Shown here: piece by piece, positions 40,697-50,028 of the stretch | How positions within the stretch are numbered: position 1 is the stretch's first letter | Layout of the letters: each line of letters opens with the position of its first letter | NCBI GenBank assembly: GCA_038260095.1 | Contig: JBBSOC010000005.1 | Span: 812 to 64,811, forward strand | DNA: 64,000 bases | From: Mycobacteriales bacterium | GTDB taxonomy: Bacteria > Actinomycetota > Actinomycetes > Mycobacteriales > QHCE01 | Direction: 5' to 3' | Position numbers and translations under genes: made by a program | Notes under the pieces: model-generated | Told to the model about the DNA's origin: nothing | The model's database searches: none | The model's input: the letters and a program-made list of their open reading frames with translations, nothing else

Positions 40697-40821
40697 CCGA
40701 GTGTTGGCCGATTAAGCGAAAGCTAAACGCGGTTCGTCAACGTGGATTAGCATGGTTTAGCTGTCAGGGCGCATAGACGTTGTGTGCGAGATCTGAAACG
40801 TGGTCACGTGAGGTGAGAATT

Positions 40822-41487
40822 ATGTCTAAAGGCTGGGGTAGTCGTGCCGGCGCTCTCGCCCTGGTCGCGCTTGTGAGCAGCTGCGCTTCGGGGGGGGCTA
40901 ATCAAGGATCCGCCCCGTCGGCGGAACCTTCTGCCTCCCCTGCTCCTGCGCCGCCTGGTACTGCCGGTGTAGTTGTGCTTTCCGGCGGCAAAACGGCTGC
41001 CTTGGCCGCGCTTGGAGATGATCACGCCGATACCATTGTCTGTGGTCCATCTGATGTTCCTGACGTCATAAGCATCCCACTGACCAGGGATTCCTCTGGG
41101 CAAGTTGCAAGTCCCCTTGCGGTGAGGATAGTTAACAAAGGCGCGTTGTTCGTTACCTTTAAAGATACATCATTCACGTGTGTTGCGAATACTGTTACTG
41201 ATGCCGGCCAGCGACCGGACGCCGTTGCGTTTGTCCCTGATGGAACGCCTTCAGGTGCCGGAGTGGCTGGTGTGGTGCGCCCAGAAGCAGTTCCGGCCAA
41301 TTCTCCTCCCGGGGCAGGTTCCGCCGCGGTCGCAGACAAGCCTGTGGGGGAAGCCTGCGTTACGCTGAATAATTTTGTGGGTTTCTCGGTTAATCTGCCG
41401 CCGTGTGATGGGGCGATTTCTGGAGGGTCAACGCGGAGATCATCAGCTGCTGGCCGAGCACGCGCCAATCCGCGCCCCAAACTGTAG
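40822..41487 (+). CDS. hypothetical lipoprotein
   Basis: ATG preceded by GAGGTGAG. Signal peptide with lipobox LVSSCAS. Ala/Pro/Gly-rich with no recognisable domain. Confidence 0.55.
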   Translation: MSKGWGSRAGALALVALVSSCASGGANQGSAPSAEPSASPAPAPPGTAGVVVLSGGKTAALAALGDDHADTIVCGPSDVPDVISIPLTRDSSGQVASPLAVRIVNKGALFVTFKDTSFTCVANTVTDAGQRPDAVAFVPDGTPSGAGVAGVVRPEAVPANSPPGAGSAAVADKPVGEACVTLNNFVGFSVNLPPCDGAISGGSTRRSSAAGRARANPRPKL

Positions 41488-41552
41488 CTCCCTAGCGCTG
41501 GCCGAGGCGAGCTCGACAGCAGGGCAGCAGCGACTGCTGTCAGAATTGAACT

Positions 41553-42644
41553 GTGCTGACTGACTCCACGCCGCCGCTGCATGTTCGCGGGGTTGTGCTG
41601 CCCGAAGAAGTAGAGCGCGACATCTGGATCACCGGCGACCGCCTGAGCTTTGAACGGGTATCCGGTGCGACGACGATTGCCGATCGAGGTTGGATCGTCC
41701 CTGGTCTGGTAGACGCGCACTGTCATATCGGGATCGGCCCCGACGGCCCGATCAGCGATATCGCGAGCGCTCGCGAGCTAGCAATCCAAGACCGGGACGC
41801 GGGTGTGCTTGCCATCCGGGACGCGGGCTCACCCATCGAATACGCCGAACTCGACCACGACCCACAGCTACCACGGCTGGTACGAGCCGGCCAGCACTTA
41901 GCCCCGCCGAAGCGATACCTGCCCAAGCTGGCCGTCGAGTGTGAACCGGAGGAGCTTGCCGCGCAAGCCACACGGCAAGCCCACGCTGGGAACGGTTGGA
42001 TCAAGCTAGTGGGGGACTGGATCGATCGATCTCGCGGTGATCTAGCGCCCACCTACGACGACGCTACGTTCGCGGCTGCCGTGGACGCCGCCCACGCCGC
42101 CGGCGCACGGGTCGCGGTGCACACGTTCTCTGAAGCCGCGCTTCCCGGTCTGATTGCCGCGGGCGTGGATTCCATCGAGCACGGCACTGGCCTCTCCGAG
42201 GATCTCATCGACCTCATGGCGCAGCGGCAGATCGCCCTAGTCCCCACGCTAACCAACATCGATAACTTTCCGCACTACGCGCAGAAAGGGCAGGCGAAGT
42301 TTCCGCACTACGCCGAACACATGCGGGCGCTGCACCAGCGGTTTCCGGACGTGGTTGCATCGGCTTATGCGGCGGGTGTGCCGATTTTTGTGGGCACTGA
42401 TGCTGGCAGCGTCGTTAGCCATGGGCTGGCGGCCGCGGAAATCCTTCGGCTACACGAAGTGGGAATGTCGACGACCGACGCGCTGGCCGCCGGGTCGTGG
42501 AAAGCCCGGCAGTGGCTTGGCTTTTCTGGCATCGCCGAAGGCGGTTTAGCGGACCTAGTGGTGTACGCCTGCGACCCCCGGCTTGACCTGCGAGTGTTGT
42601 ATGCCCCTGAACGGATCGTGCTGCGCGGCCGGGTAGTGCGGTAG
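41553..42644 (+). CDS. metal-dependent amidohydrolase family protein
   Basis: HxH motif VDAHCHIG plus downstream His/Asp ligand segments (VHTFSE, IEHGT, GTDAG). An amidohydrolase also neighbours ffh in M. tuberculosis (Rv2915c). Confidence 0.8.
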   Translation: MLTDSTPPLHVRGVVLPEEVERDIWITGDRLSFERVSGATTIADRGWIVPGLVDAHCHIGIGPDGPISDIASARELAIQDRDAGVLAIRDAGSPIEYAELDHDPQLPRLVRAGQHLAPPKRYLPKLAVECEPEELAAQATRQAHAGNGWIKLVGDWIDRSRGDLAPTYDDATFAAAVDAAHAAGARVAVHTFSEAALPGLIAAGVDSIEHGTGLSEDLIDLMAQRQIALVPTLTNIDNFPHYAQKGQAKFPHYAEHMRALHQRFPDVVASAYAAGVPIFVGTDAGSVVSHGLAAAEILRLHEVGMSTTDALAAGSWKARQWLGFSGIAEGGLADLVVYACDPRLDLRVLYAPERIVLRGRVVR

Positions 42645-42655
42645 AGACTGCTGAA

Positions 42656-43003
42656 TCAAAGTTTGTCGCTGAGGATGTTAGCAACTTTCCGTAGATCACT
42701 AATAAGTTCCGGAAGTTGCCGACGCGCGGTCGTATGCAAAATTTCTACATCAACAGACCAATAGCCGTGCACGATCCTATTGCGAAGCTGTATAGGTTTT
42801 TCCCACGGAATCCGTGGGAAACGCTTCCTTGCCTCTTCGGAGATTTGATTAGCCGCCTCGCCAATCACTGTAAAATTCCATAGCAGCGCGTCATGCCGCT
42901 GCCGGTTAGCTGCCAATTCGTCAATCGATACGTCGTTGGTTAACAGCTGGGCCTGCTCTGCCGCGTCGATCATCTCATTAACCAGTAAAATGTCACGTTG
43001 CAT
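42656..43003 (-). CDS. hepT: HepT-like (DUF86, HEPN) ribonuclease toxin
   Basis: The Rx4HxY motif RNRIVHGYWSVD. 115 aa. Overlaps the upstream MNT gene by 11 nt. Confidence 0.85.
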   Translation of the reverse strand: MQRDILLVNEMIDAAEQAQLLTNDVSIDELAANRQRHDALLWNFTVIGEAANQISEEARKRFPRIPWEKPIQLRNRIVHGYWSVDVEILHTTARRQLPELISDLRKVANILSDKL

Positions 43004-43295
43004 GTATGACGCGCGCTTCGGCTAGAACGGTCAGCTTGAGCATGGAATGCAGCGACTGGCGAGATATTAAATCGACGGGGCGACCAAATATTGCTGAGAG
43101 CTCGGCTGAGAGCTCTTCAATTTCCCAGCCGAGCCGTTTTCCTGGCTGCAACCTGTACAGCAGGTCGACATCACTATCTGATCTGACCTCGTCTCGGGCT
43201 GCCGATCCAAACACAGCTAGTTCAGCGATGCCATATCTTTCACATACGGCGGCCAAGGACTCCTCATCAATCTCTGCCTTTGCGATAGTGAGCAT
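42993..43295 (-). CDS. mntA: MntA-type minimal nucleotidyltransferase antitoxin
   Basis: GSAARDE..SDSDVDLL nucleotidyltransferase motif. 100 aa. Confidence 0.85.
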   Translation of the reverse strand: MLTIAKAEIDEESLAAVCERYGIAELAVFGSAARDEVRSDSDVDLLYRLQPGKRLGWEIEELSAELSAIFGRPVDLISRQSLHSMLKLTVLAEARVIHAT

Positions 43296-43334
43296 GTGTA
43301 CAGGTTACTCCCTTAGTGAATTTGGAGTGATGCG

Positions 43335-45329
43335 TTAGCCAGCGCGAACCTTTTCGGCTAGACGCGTCTTTAGTACGGCCGGGTCTGTGATAGGCAGGTC
43401 GCACACAAACCCTCGACACACGTAGGCCGCTGGACTTCCATCGACGAGCGGGCGGTTGGCCAGCAGTGGCGCACCCGGCGTCTCGGGTTCGCTAGCAACG
43501 ACCACCGCGCCGCCCGCCCTAGCCCGCCAGGCGGTTGCGCGCAGCTGCTTCGCTAGCGGTCCGCTACCGACGATCGCGATCTGCGCTGGTCCGCTCAGCA
43601 GCGCAAGTGCGGCGTTCCCCGCCCATCCGGCAAAGCGGGGAGCGTGCGTGACTAGCTCTTTGTAACCAGACAGCGCTGCTACTGCGTGGCCTCGATAGCT
43701 TGGCTCACCCGAGAGCGCGGAGTAGTTGACTAATGCACCGATCATGGCGGAAGTGCCAGATGGGGTGGCGGTGTCCGTGAGTTCTTTGGGGCGCCGAAAC
43801 AGCGGCTCACCCTCGTTGGAGGTATCGAAGAAGCCACCGCGGGGATCGCCGAAGTGAGCGAGGGCCGCGTCCAGGATTTCGCCGGCGGCGCTGAGCCACC
43901 TGCCTTGCCCGGTAGCTTGATGCAGCACGCAGAGTGCTTCGGCAAGGCAGCCGTAGTCTTCGAGCACTCCTGGTGGTCCTACTACACCGGCCAGTGACGT
44001 GCGCGTCAGCGCCCCGTCACGCCAATGCTTGGCCAGGATCAGCTCGGCCGCTTCGATTGCGGCGTTGAGGGTTGTCTGGTTTTCAGTCAGCACGCCATGT
44101 TCGGCCAGCGCCGCTATCGCTAGCCCGTTCCATGCTGTGACCACTTTGTCGTCCCGGGCCGGCTGAGACCGCCGCGCACGGCCGGCTAGCAGCATCGCCC
44201 GTAGCCGGGCCCAGCGCTGCTCGTCGTCGGGGTCCTGGCGTAGTTGCAGCACACTCGTGCCGTGCTCGAAGCTGCCCTCAGCTGTCACCTGGCACAGGTT
44301 GGCCACCCACTCCCCGTCCGCTGGGCCGAGTAAGTCTCGCAGCTGCTGCGGAGTCCAGGCGTAGGTGGCCCCTTCAACTCCGTCAGTGTCGGCATCCAGC
44401 GAGGAAGCGAAACCGCCCTCGCTGGTTCGCAGCTCCGCGAGCAGAAAGTCAGCCGTCTGGTCGGCCACTCGGCGTGCCAGCTTGTCCCCGGTGACCTGCC
44501 ACAGATTGAGGTAGAGGCCAAGCAGTAGTGCGTTGTCGTACAGCATCTTTTCAAAATGTGGCACAGTCCAGGTTTCGTCCACGCTGTAACGGGCGAATCC
44601 GCCGGCCAACTGGTCATACATCCCGCCCCGGGTCATCGCTTCGCAGGTATGACGAACCATTTCCAGCGCGGTGGTGTGGCCGGTATCAGCGTGGTAGCGG
44701 AGCAGGAACTGCCCCACCATGGACGACGGAAACTTGGGTGCGCCCCCGAAACCGCCGTTAACCTGATCGTGCTCGCCGGTAAGGGTGTGTACCGCTGTCG
44801 TTAGGTCGGCGGCGGTCAGCTGCGAATCGAGCGAGGAGTTGCGTGCGGATTCACGTTCTAGTGCTTGCCGCAAGCTCTCGCCTTGGCTCAGTACGGCTTC
44901 TCGCTGTTCACGCCACGCTCGGGCAGCTGCCACAACGAGCTGGCTGAACTGCTCGCGGGGAAAATAGGTGCCGCAGTAGAACGGTTCCCCGTCAGGCGTG
45001 CACCACACAGTCATTGGCCAGCCACCGCGACCGGTCATCAGCTGCGTGGCCGACATGTACACCGAATCGATATCGGGGCGCTCTTCACGATCCACTTTGA
45101 TCGGCACGCAGTGGGCATTGATCAGTTCTGCGGTAGCTGGGTCCTCGAAAGATTCGTGCGCCATCACGTGACACCAGTGGCAGGCCGCATACCCCACGCT
45201 CAGCAGCACCGGAACGTCACGCTTTTGTGCCTGCTGGAATGCCTCAGCACACCATGGCCACCAGTCCACGGGGTTATCAGCATGCTGACGCAGATACGGT
45301 GAGGTGGCTGTTGCCAGTCGGTTGGCCAT
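43335..45329 (-). CDS. thioredoxin-domain (DUF255) / six-hairpin glycosidase-like protein, YyaL-type
   Basis: N-terminal [17 protein letters not shown]...[11 protein letters not shown] is the DUF255 signature. About 660 aa, as in the YyaL/SSP411 family. Confidence 0.85.
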   Translation of the reverse strand: MANRLATATSPYLRQHADNPVDWWPWCAEAFQQAQKRDVPVLLSVGYAACHWCHVMAHESFEDPATAELINAHCVPIKVDREERPDIDSVYMSATQLMTGRGGWPMTVWCTPDGEPFYCGTYFPREQFSQLVVAAARAWREQREAVLSQGESLRQALERESARNSSLDSQLTAADLTTAVHTLTGEHDQVNGGFGGAPKFPSSMVGQFLLRYHADTGHTTALEMVRHTCEAMTRGGMYDQLAGGFARYSVDETWTVPHFEKMLYDNALLLGLYLNLWQVTGDKLARRVADQTADFLLAELRTSEGGFASSLDADTDGVEGATYAWTPQQLRDLLGPADGEWVANLCQVTAEGSFEHGTSVLQLRQDPDDEQRWARLRAMLLAGRARRSQPARDDKVVTAWNGLAIAALAEHGVLTENQTTLNAAIEAAELILAKHWRDGALTRTSLAGVVGPPGVLEDYGCLAEALCVLHQATGQGRWLSAAGEILDAALAHFGDPRGGFFDTSNEGEPLFRRPKELTDTATPSGTSAMIGALVNYSALSGEPSYRGHAVAALSGYKELVTHAPRFAGWAGNAALALLSGPAQIAIVGSGPLAKQLRATAWRARAGGAVVVASEPETPGAPLLANRPLVDGSPAAYVCRGFVCDLPITDPAVLKTRLAEKVRAG

Positions 45330-45447
45330 TTTGCCACGCTACGCCTCAATAGATGCTGGGCGTCCTCTGCTGGCGATCATGCGCGCTTCAGTGTTGGGGA
45401 AACGCGATAGTGCCGGCTCTGTGACGGATCGAATTGTGTGTTCCGAC

Positions 45448-45816
45448 TTAGCGGAGAGGTAACGCGCGGACTCTGATACCTCTGGTGGTGAAGGCTGCTA
45501 TTGCGCCAGTTTGCAGGTGTGGTTCCAGGATTTCAAGCTGTTGGAGGATAACATCTACCAGAGCGGTTGGGTGCAAGTCGATGATTTCTCTCACCAGCAG
45601 AACAGAAGGTTTCCTCGCGCGAGTACTGGCCAGAAGGGCACCAAAGTCGGTATCTGCGGAGCTGATGATTCGATCATCCGTTGCGGCGATGGCCATGAGT
45701 GTGGCATCGGGAGCACTGGCAGCTTGAAGATCATATACGTGGGTTGCGTCATGGCTTTCTTTAGAGAGAAGCGCCGCTACTTGAGGTGACAGATTTTCGT
45801 CAACGAGGAATCTCAC
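45448..45816 (-). CDS. DUF5615 (PIN-like/Mut7-C-like) putative toxin
   Basis: The (GTG)RFLVDENLSPQV start is typical of DUF5615. GTG overlaps the DUF433 stop (GTGTGA). Confidence 0.75.
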   Translation of the reverse strand: MRFLVDENLSPQVAALLSKESHDATHVYDLQAASAPDATLMAIAATDDRIISSADTDFGALLASTRARKPSVLLVREIIDLHPTALVDVILQQLEILEPHLQTGAIAAFTTRGIRVRALPLR

Positions 45817-46043
45817 ACGGGCTCGCGTAGGCGGTAGAAGTGAACATTCGTGGATGCTGCAGCGTATTCCAGGGCTTGGCTGATGTCTTCACGGTCTAGG
45901 TGGGGATAGTTTTCCAGGATCTCGTCAAAGCTCCACCCGCTTGCTACCAGCCGTACCACGGTCTCCACTGTGATGCGCAGGCCACGAATGCAGGGTTTAC
46001 CTTCGAGCTTGTCTGGCTCGACAGTGATCCGATCAAAGTCCAT
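45813..46043 (-). CDS. DUF433 putative antitoxin
   Basis: GKPCIRGLRITVETVVRLVASGWSFDEILENYPHLDREDISQALEY matches DUF433. ATG 46043 is preceded by GGAAGGGA. The longer track ORF (to 46271) only reads through a stop-free repeat. Confidence 0.8.
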   Translation of the reverse strand: MDFDRITVEPDKLEGKPCIRGLRITVETVVRLVASGWSFDEILENYPHLDREDISQALEYAAASTNVHFYRLREPV

Positions 46044-46085
46044 AGTGTTCCCTTCCGCTACCCATACTCCCAGATACGTCCAGGG

Positions 46086-46219
46086 CCAACCCGTGCTCGT
46101 GCCAACCCGTGCTCGTGCCAACCCGTGCTCGTGCCAACCCGTGCTCGTGCCAACCCGTGCTCGTGCCAACCCGTGCTCGTGCCAACCCGTGCTCGTGCCA
46201 ACCCGTGCTCGTGCCAACC
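46086..46219. repeat. perfect 16-bp tandem repeat, 8 full copies plus a 6-bp partial
   Basis: CCAACCCGTGCTCGTG repeated head-to-tail from 46086 to 46213 with no mismatch, followed by CCAACC. It begins 43 bp upstream of the DUF433 start codon. Confidence 0.97.
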
Positions 46220-46377
46220 AAAGCGGGGATTCACAGAGGTAAATCTTGTGAGCGAAGACTTCATCCTCCATGTGATAGGAAAAGCTAAGGTATGGATACT
46301 TATTTCATGCGGTCGCGATAGTGCCGAGCGCAGCTCGGGCGTTCTCGTCCATGGCGGCTTCGGCTGAACAGCCCGAG

Positions 46378-46869
46378 TCAGACCGCTGCCTGTCTGCTAA
46401 GTCCGATGAGCGCGGCGCCAGTGAGCCGGAAGGTAGTCCACTCATCCTCGGGAGCTGCGCCAATCGAGGTGTAGAGCCCGATCGCTAGGGCGTTCCAGTT
46501 GAGTACTGACCCCTCTAATCTGGAATATCCACGCTGCACGCACTCCTTGGCCACACTGCTCAGCAGAGCCTTACCTAGCCCTAGTCCCCGCTGTCCCGGC
46601 TGAACGTAGAGGTCTTCTATATAAATGCCATGTGTGCCGCGCCAGGTAGAGAAATTTAGGAACCACAGGGCGCAACCGACAAGCCGCCCGTCGACCTCGG
46701 CCACGTGACCGAACAGCGACGGATTCTCGCAAAACAGGCCAGTTTGTAGCTGTTCAGGTACTAGGTGGCACTCCTGTGGAGCTTTCTCGTACCCGGCCAA
46801 TTCATGGACCAACCCCGTTACCGCATCGACGTCAGTCTCACGCACTCTTCGGATATGTGAACTCGTCAT
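46378..46869 (-). CDS. GNAT-family N-acetyltransferase
   Basis: Acetyl-CoA motif QPGQRGLGLGKALL. Start at ATG 46869 (MTSSHIRRVRETD) avoids overlap with the divergent oxidase gene. Confidence 0.8.
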   Translation of the reverse strand: MTSSHIRRVRETDVDAVTGLVHELAGYEKAPQECHLVPEQLQTGLFCENPSLFGHVAEVDGRLVGCALWFLNFSTWRGTHGIYIEDLYVQPGQRGLGLGKALLSSVAKECVQRGYSRLEGSVLNWNALAIGLYTSIGAAPEDEWTTFRLTGAALIGLSRQAAV

Positions 46870-46916
46870 GTTAGTAGGATACGTCAGCTGGTAGGGCCAA
46901 GTCGTAGGAGCGGACC

Positions 46917-47864
46917 ATGAACGCGGTGGTAATTGGGTGCGGTGTCTCCGGGCTCTCATCCGGTATCCGCCTGTTGGAAAGCGGTGTCGATACCGAGATT
47001 TGGACTCGCGAGCCGGCGGCGGAAACTACCTCCAGCGTCGCGGCCGCTTTCTGGTACCCATACAAGGTTTACCCAGAAGACCTCGTCTTCAACTGGGCGG
47101 CTGCGACGTACGCTGAGCTGATCAAGCTAGCAGCGATCTCCGGTACCGGAGTTGCTATCCGCGAGCTTCTGGAAATACTGCCCGGGCAAGCCGCACAACC
47201 GTGGTGGCGGGAGATCGTGGACGGTTTCCAACGTCCTACCGGCGCCCAGCTGCCGCTGGAGTACTCCGATGGCTACCTTTTCGCCTGCCCAGTGGCTGAG
47301 ATGCCGATATACCTCGCCTACCTGCAACGACGCTTCGAGGACCTGGGCGGCACCGTTCGCATGCGGACTGTCGATTCCGTAACCGAGCTGTTCGATAACC
47401 ATGATGTGATCGTCAACTGCACCGGTATGGGAGCTCGTGAGCTGGTCGGTGACCAGACGATGATTCCGATCCGCGGGCAAGTGGTCCGCGTGAGTCAGGT
47501 AGGTATCGAGCGGATTCTGCTGGATCAGCACGGAGCCGCTGGATTGACCTACATCGTTCCGCGCTCCCGCGATTGTGTGCTGGGCGGTACGGCAGAACCT
47601 AACGATGAGGGCCTGGCCCCAGATGAGCAGACCGCAGCCGGAATTCTAGCCAGATGCGTCAAGCTCGACCCCCGTCTAGTCAACGCAGTCGTCCTAGAGC
47701 ACCAGGTCGGCCTTCGACCGAGCAGACCGGCTGTCCGGGTGGAGCTCGACCGTGATGTGGCGCACGGGCGACTGATCCATAATTACGGTCACGGAGGTGC
47801 CGGGGTGGCGCTGTCGTGGGGATGCGCGGACGCAGTAGCGCGATTGGCGACTCTGGCAGGGTAG
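46917..47864 (+). CDS. FAD-dependent D-amino-acid oxidase-like oxidoreductase
   Basis: N-terminal dinucleotide fold VVIGCGVSGLSSG and C-terminal HNYGHGGAGVALSWGCA, characteristic of the DAAO family. 315 aa. Confidence 0.78.
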   Translation: MNAVVIGCGVSGLSSGIRLLESGVDTEIWTREPAAETTSSVAAAFWYPYKVYPEDLVFNWAAATYAELIKLAAISGTGVAIRELLEILPGQAAQPWWREIVDGFQRPTGAQLPLEYSDGYLFACPVAEMPIYLAYLQRRFEDLGGTVRMRTVDSVTELFDNHDVIVNCTGMGARELVGDQTMIPIRGQVVRVSQVGIERILLDQHGAAGLTYIVPRSRDCVLGGTAEPNDEGLAPDEQTAAGILARCVKLDPRLVNAVVLEHQVGLRPSRPAVRVELDRDVAHGRLIHNYGHGGAGVALSWGCADAVARLATLAG

Positions 47865-47883
47865 GAAACGGAAACAGATGAGG

Positions 47884-48867
47884 TTAAGCCGGCTTTTTCT
47901 CGTCAAAAGCGCGGGTGTCTCGCGGCGGCAAGAAGGGCTCGGCGTTGGCGGGTTGCCCAGCGACGATGCAGCGGCTCCGTTCTAGCTCGGCATTGAGCTG
48001 GGCGCCGAATAGAATGGCAAGGTTGGTTATCCATAGCCAAACCAGCAAGATGATCGGCGTAGCGAGCGTGCCATAAGTCTTGTTATATGAGCCGAAATTC
48101 GCCACATAGAAACCGAAAGCCGCCGACGATAGGACCCAGATCAGCACGGCTACTATGCTGCCCGGCGTCACCCAGACAAAACCACCCTGCCGCACGTTCG
48201 GTGAGGCCCAGTACAGCACCCCGAATAACAGGCTAATCGCCAGCACCAGCACCGGCCACTTCGCGAAGTCCCACACTGTGACCAGCCCGGACCCCAGACC
48301 CAGTGATGACCCCACCTGCTTGGCGATAGCTCCAGTAAGCGCCACCGCAAGTGCGCTTACGGCGAGGATCACGCCTGCCAGTAGCGTGATAACCAGCCGC
48401 AACGGCGCCGTTTTCCAGATCGGCCGCCCCTCCTCCATGTGGTAGATCGCGTTGGACGCTCGCATGAAGGCGGCAATGTACCCCGAGGCCGACCACCAGG
48501 CCGCCACAATGCCCACAATGACCAGAACGCTGGCGGTGCCAGTTGAGCCTTCCAGGTTCCGCACTGTGCTGGTGAGAATGTCGCGCACTGTGCCGGGCGC
48601 CAACTGCGAGATATTGTCCACGATGGTGCGGGTTGCGGAAGAACTCAGCAAACCGATCGTTGATACCGCTGCCAGCAGTGCCGGAAAAATTGACAGCACG
48701 CTGTAGTAGGTCAGAGCCGCCGCCCAGTCGCTGAGGTTGTTGGCGTTTACGTCTTTTAAGGTGCGCTTGGTTGCTGCCCACCACGATCGTTTCGGCAATT
48801 CTGACGGTCGGGCTGGATCAGTTTTGAGCGGTGAATGTGTAGGTTCGTGCTCAGTTGAGGCAACCAT
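47884..48867 (-). CDS. YihY/BrkB-family membrane protein
   Basis: The AAALTYYSVLSIFPALLA motif and about 6 hydrophobic helices. Confidence 0.8.
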   Translation of the reverse strand: MVASTEHEPTHSPLKTDPARPSELPKRSWWAATKRTLKDVNANNLSDWAAALTYYSVLSIFPALLAAVSTIGLLSSSATRTIVDNISQLAPGTVRDILTSTVRNLEGSTGTASVLVIVGIVAAWWSASGYIAAFMRASNAIYHMEEGRPIWKTAPLRLVITLLAGVILAVSALAVALTGAIAKQVGSSLGLGSGLVTVWDFAKWPVLVLAISLLFGVLYWASPNVRQGGFVWVTPGSIVAVLIWVLSSAAFGFYVANFGSYNKTYGTLATPIILLVWLWITNLAILFGAQLNAELERSRCIVAGQPANAEPFLPPRDTRAFDEKKPA

Positions 48868-48939
48868 GACGTTGAACCTTTCCCTTGAGGCAATGATGTG
48901 TTTTCTGTGCCCGCGGTGTTCTAACCATCGTAGCTATGG

Positions 48940-49842
48940 CTACCCGTGGCGCAGCCATGTTGCGCCGAGGTGCTCTGCGAGCTTCAGGTGCGCCTCGGCT
49001 CGGTCCAAAGATGTCAGGCACACTTCCCCAGCAATCAATAGCGTGACCCATCGCAGCACTTCCTCTTCGCGCAGGCCCAGCAGGGCAGTGATAGCGAATG
49101 CGCGCTCGGGTGTGTCCGCGACTGGAAGCTGCGTGAGCGCCCACAGCGCGGCGTCATACACCGATTGTCCGGCACAGGGGTTGGGGTCGATAACAAGCAG
49201 CCCTCGATCGGTGGACACGAGGATGTTCTTGCTTTGCAGGTCTCCGTGGCACAGGAGAGGTGGTCCCTGGAGTGTCTGTGCAAGGTCGATCGCGCCGTGC
49301 CGCGCTCGCGCGAGCTGCTCCGGAGAAAGTAGCCCATGGCGATTTTCCGTCGCTCGGTCGAAGCGCAGTCGTAACGCGTCTATCAACGATGGCATCCCGG
49401 GCGGAACCGCGGGGCGAGAGAGCTTCGTCAGCAGAGTGGCGAGGTCTTCGGCCGTCATGTTATCGGCAGAGTCGCCCGGCCATACACGCTCCAGCAACAA
49501 GGCGCGTGCGTTATCGGAAGCAGCCAGTAGAGCGGCAGCACCGTGACCATTCCACGCTCGTAGCGCGGCTGCTTCCTCCTGAGACCACCGCGACCACGGT
49601 GGCGCTAGCTTGAGCACAGCTGGGGCGTCCGCGCGCTTTACGGAAAGCACCACGCTGACAGATCCGCCCGCAAGCGGTGCTTCCACAGTGAAGTGCCACT
49701 TCCGCGCCCACGATTGTGCTATGCCTGGAGCCTCATCCAGCCAGGCTCGGGCTTGCTGCCCGTGATGATCGAGCCAACGTTGCGCCACTGAAACATCAAC
49801 CAACTCGGCATCGGAGTTAGTGGCTTGCAGCCTTCTGCGCAC
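48940..49842 (-). CDS. aminoglycoside/hydroxyurea-resistance-kinase-like (APH(6)-type) phosphotransferase
   Basis: About 300 aa. Catalytic loop LCHGDLQSKNILV followed by VIDPNP. GTG start. Confidence 0.7.
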   Translation of the reverse strand: MRRRLQATNSDAELVDVSVAQRWLDHHGQQARAWLDEAPGIAQSWARKWHFTVEAPLAGGSVSVVLSVKRADAPAVLKLAPPWSRWSQEEAAALRAWNGHGAAALLAASDNARALLLERVWPGDSADNMTAEDLATLLTKLSRPAVPPGMPSLIDALRLRFDRATENRHGLLSPEQLARARHGAIDLAQTLQGPPLLCHGDLQSKNILVSTDRGLLVIDPNPCAGQSVYDAALWALTQLPVADTPERAFAITALLGLREEEVLRWVTLLIAGEVCLTSLDRAEAHLKLAEHLGATWLRHG

Positions 49843-49884
49843 GTTGTCAGCGTTTCAGAATCTGGCAACGTGTGCCCACCCATA

Positions 49885-49950
49885 GCGGCGTTTTCGGGGA
49901 AAACGTCGCGGTGCCCCATGGTTTAAGGGCGTTTTCCCTGAAAACGCCGC
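49885..49950. promoter_or_regulatory. 66-bp composite palindrome in the divergent APH(6)-like/proS intergenic region
   Basis: Dyad 1 is GCGGCGTTTTC-GGG-GAAAACGTCGC (49885-49909). Dyad 2 is GGCGTTTTC-CCT-GAAAACGCC (49928-49948). The 5' arm of dyad 1 pairs perfectly (11/11) with 49940-49950. A central CCATGG sits at 49916-49921. Confidence 0.6.
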
Positions 49951-50028
49951 GACACAGGGGCGGCCCGATGGGGCTCGCGCCGATGCCGCGCAATGCGCCC
50001 AGCGTGCAAACGAATATCATCTGGCCTT

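Noticed and set aside
46086-46219. Possible CRISPR array or plasmid-type iterons.
   Set aside because: The repeats are contiguous, with no spacers. At 16 bp the unit is too short for CRISPR, and there are no cas or rep genes nearby.
45813-46271. 152-aa track ORF giving DUF433 an N-terminal extension (ARARVGTSTGWHEHGL repeats).
   Set aside because: The extension is just the stop-free 16-bp tandem repeat read in rotating frames. ATG 46271 has no Shine-Dalgarno, whereas ATG 46043 has GGAAGGGA and yields a normal-length DUF433 protein.
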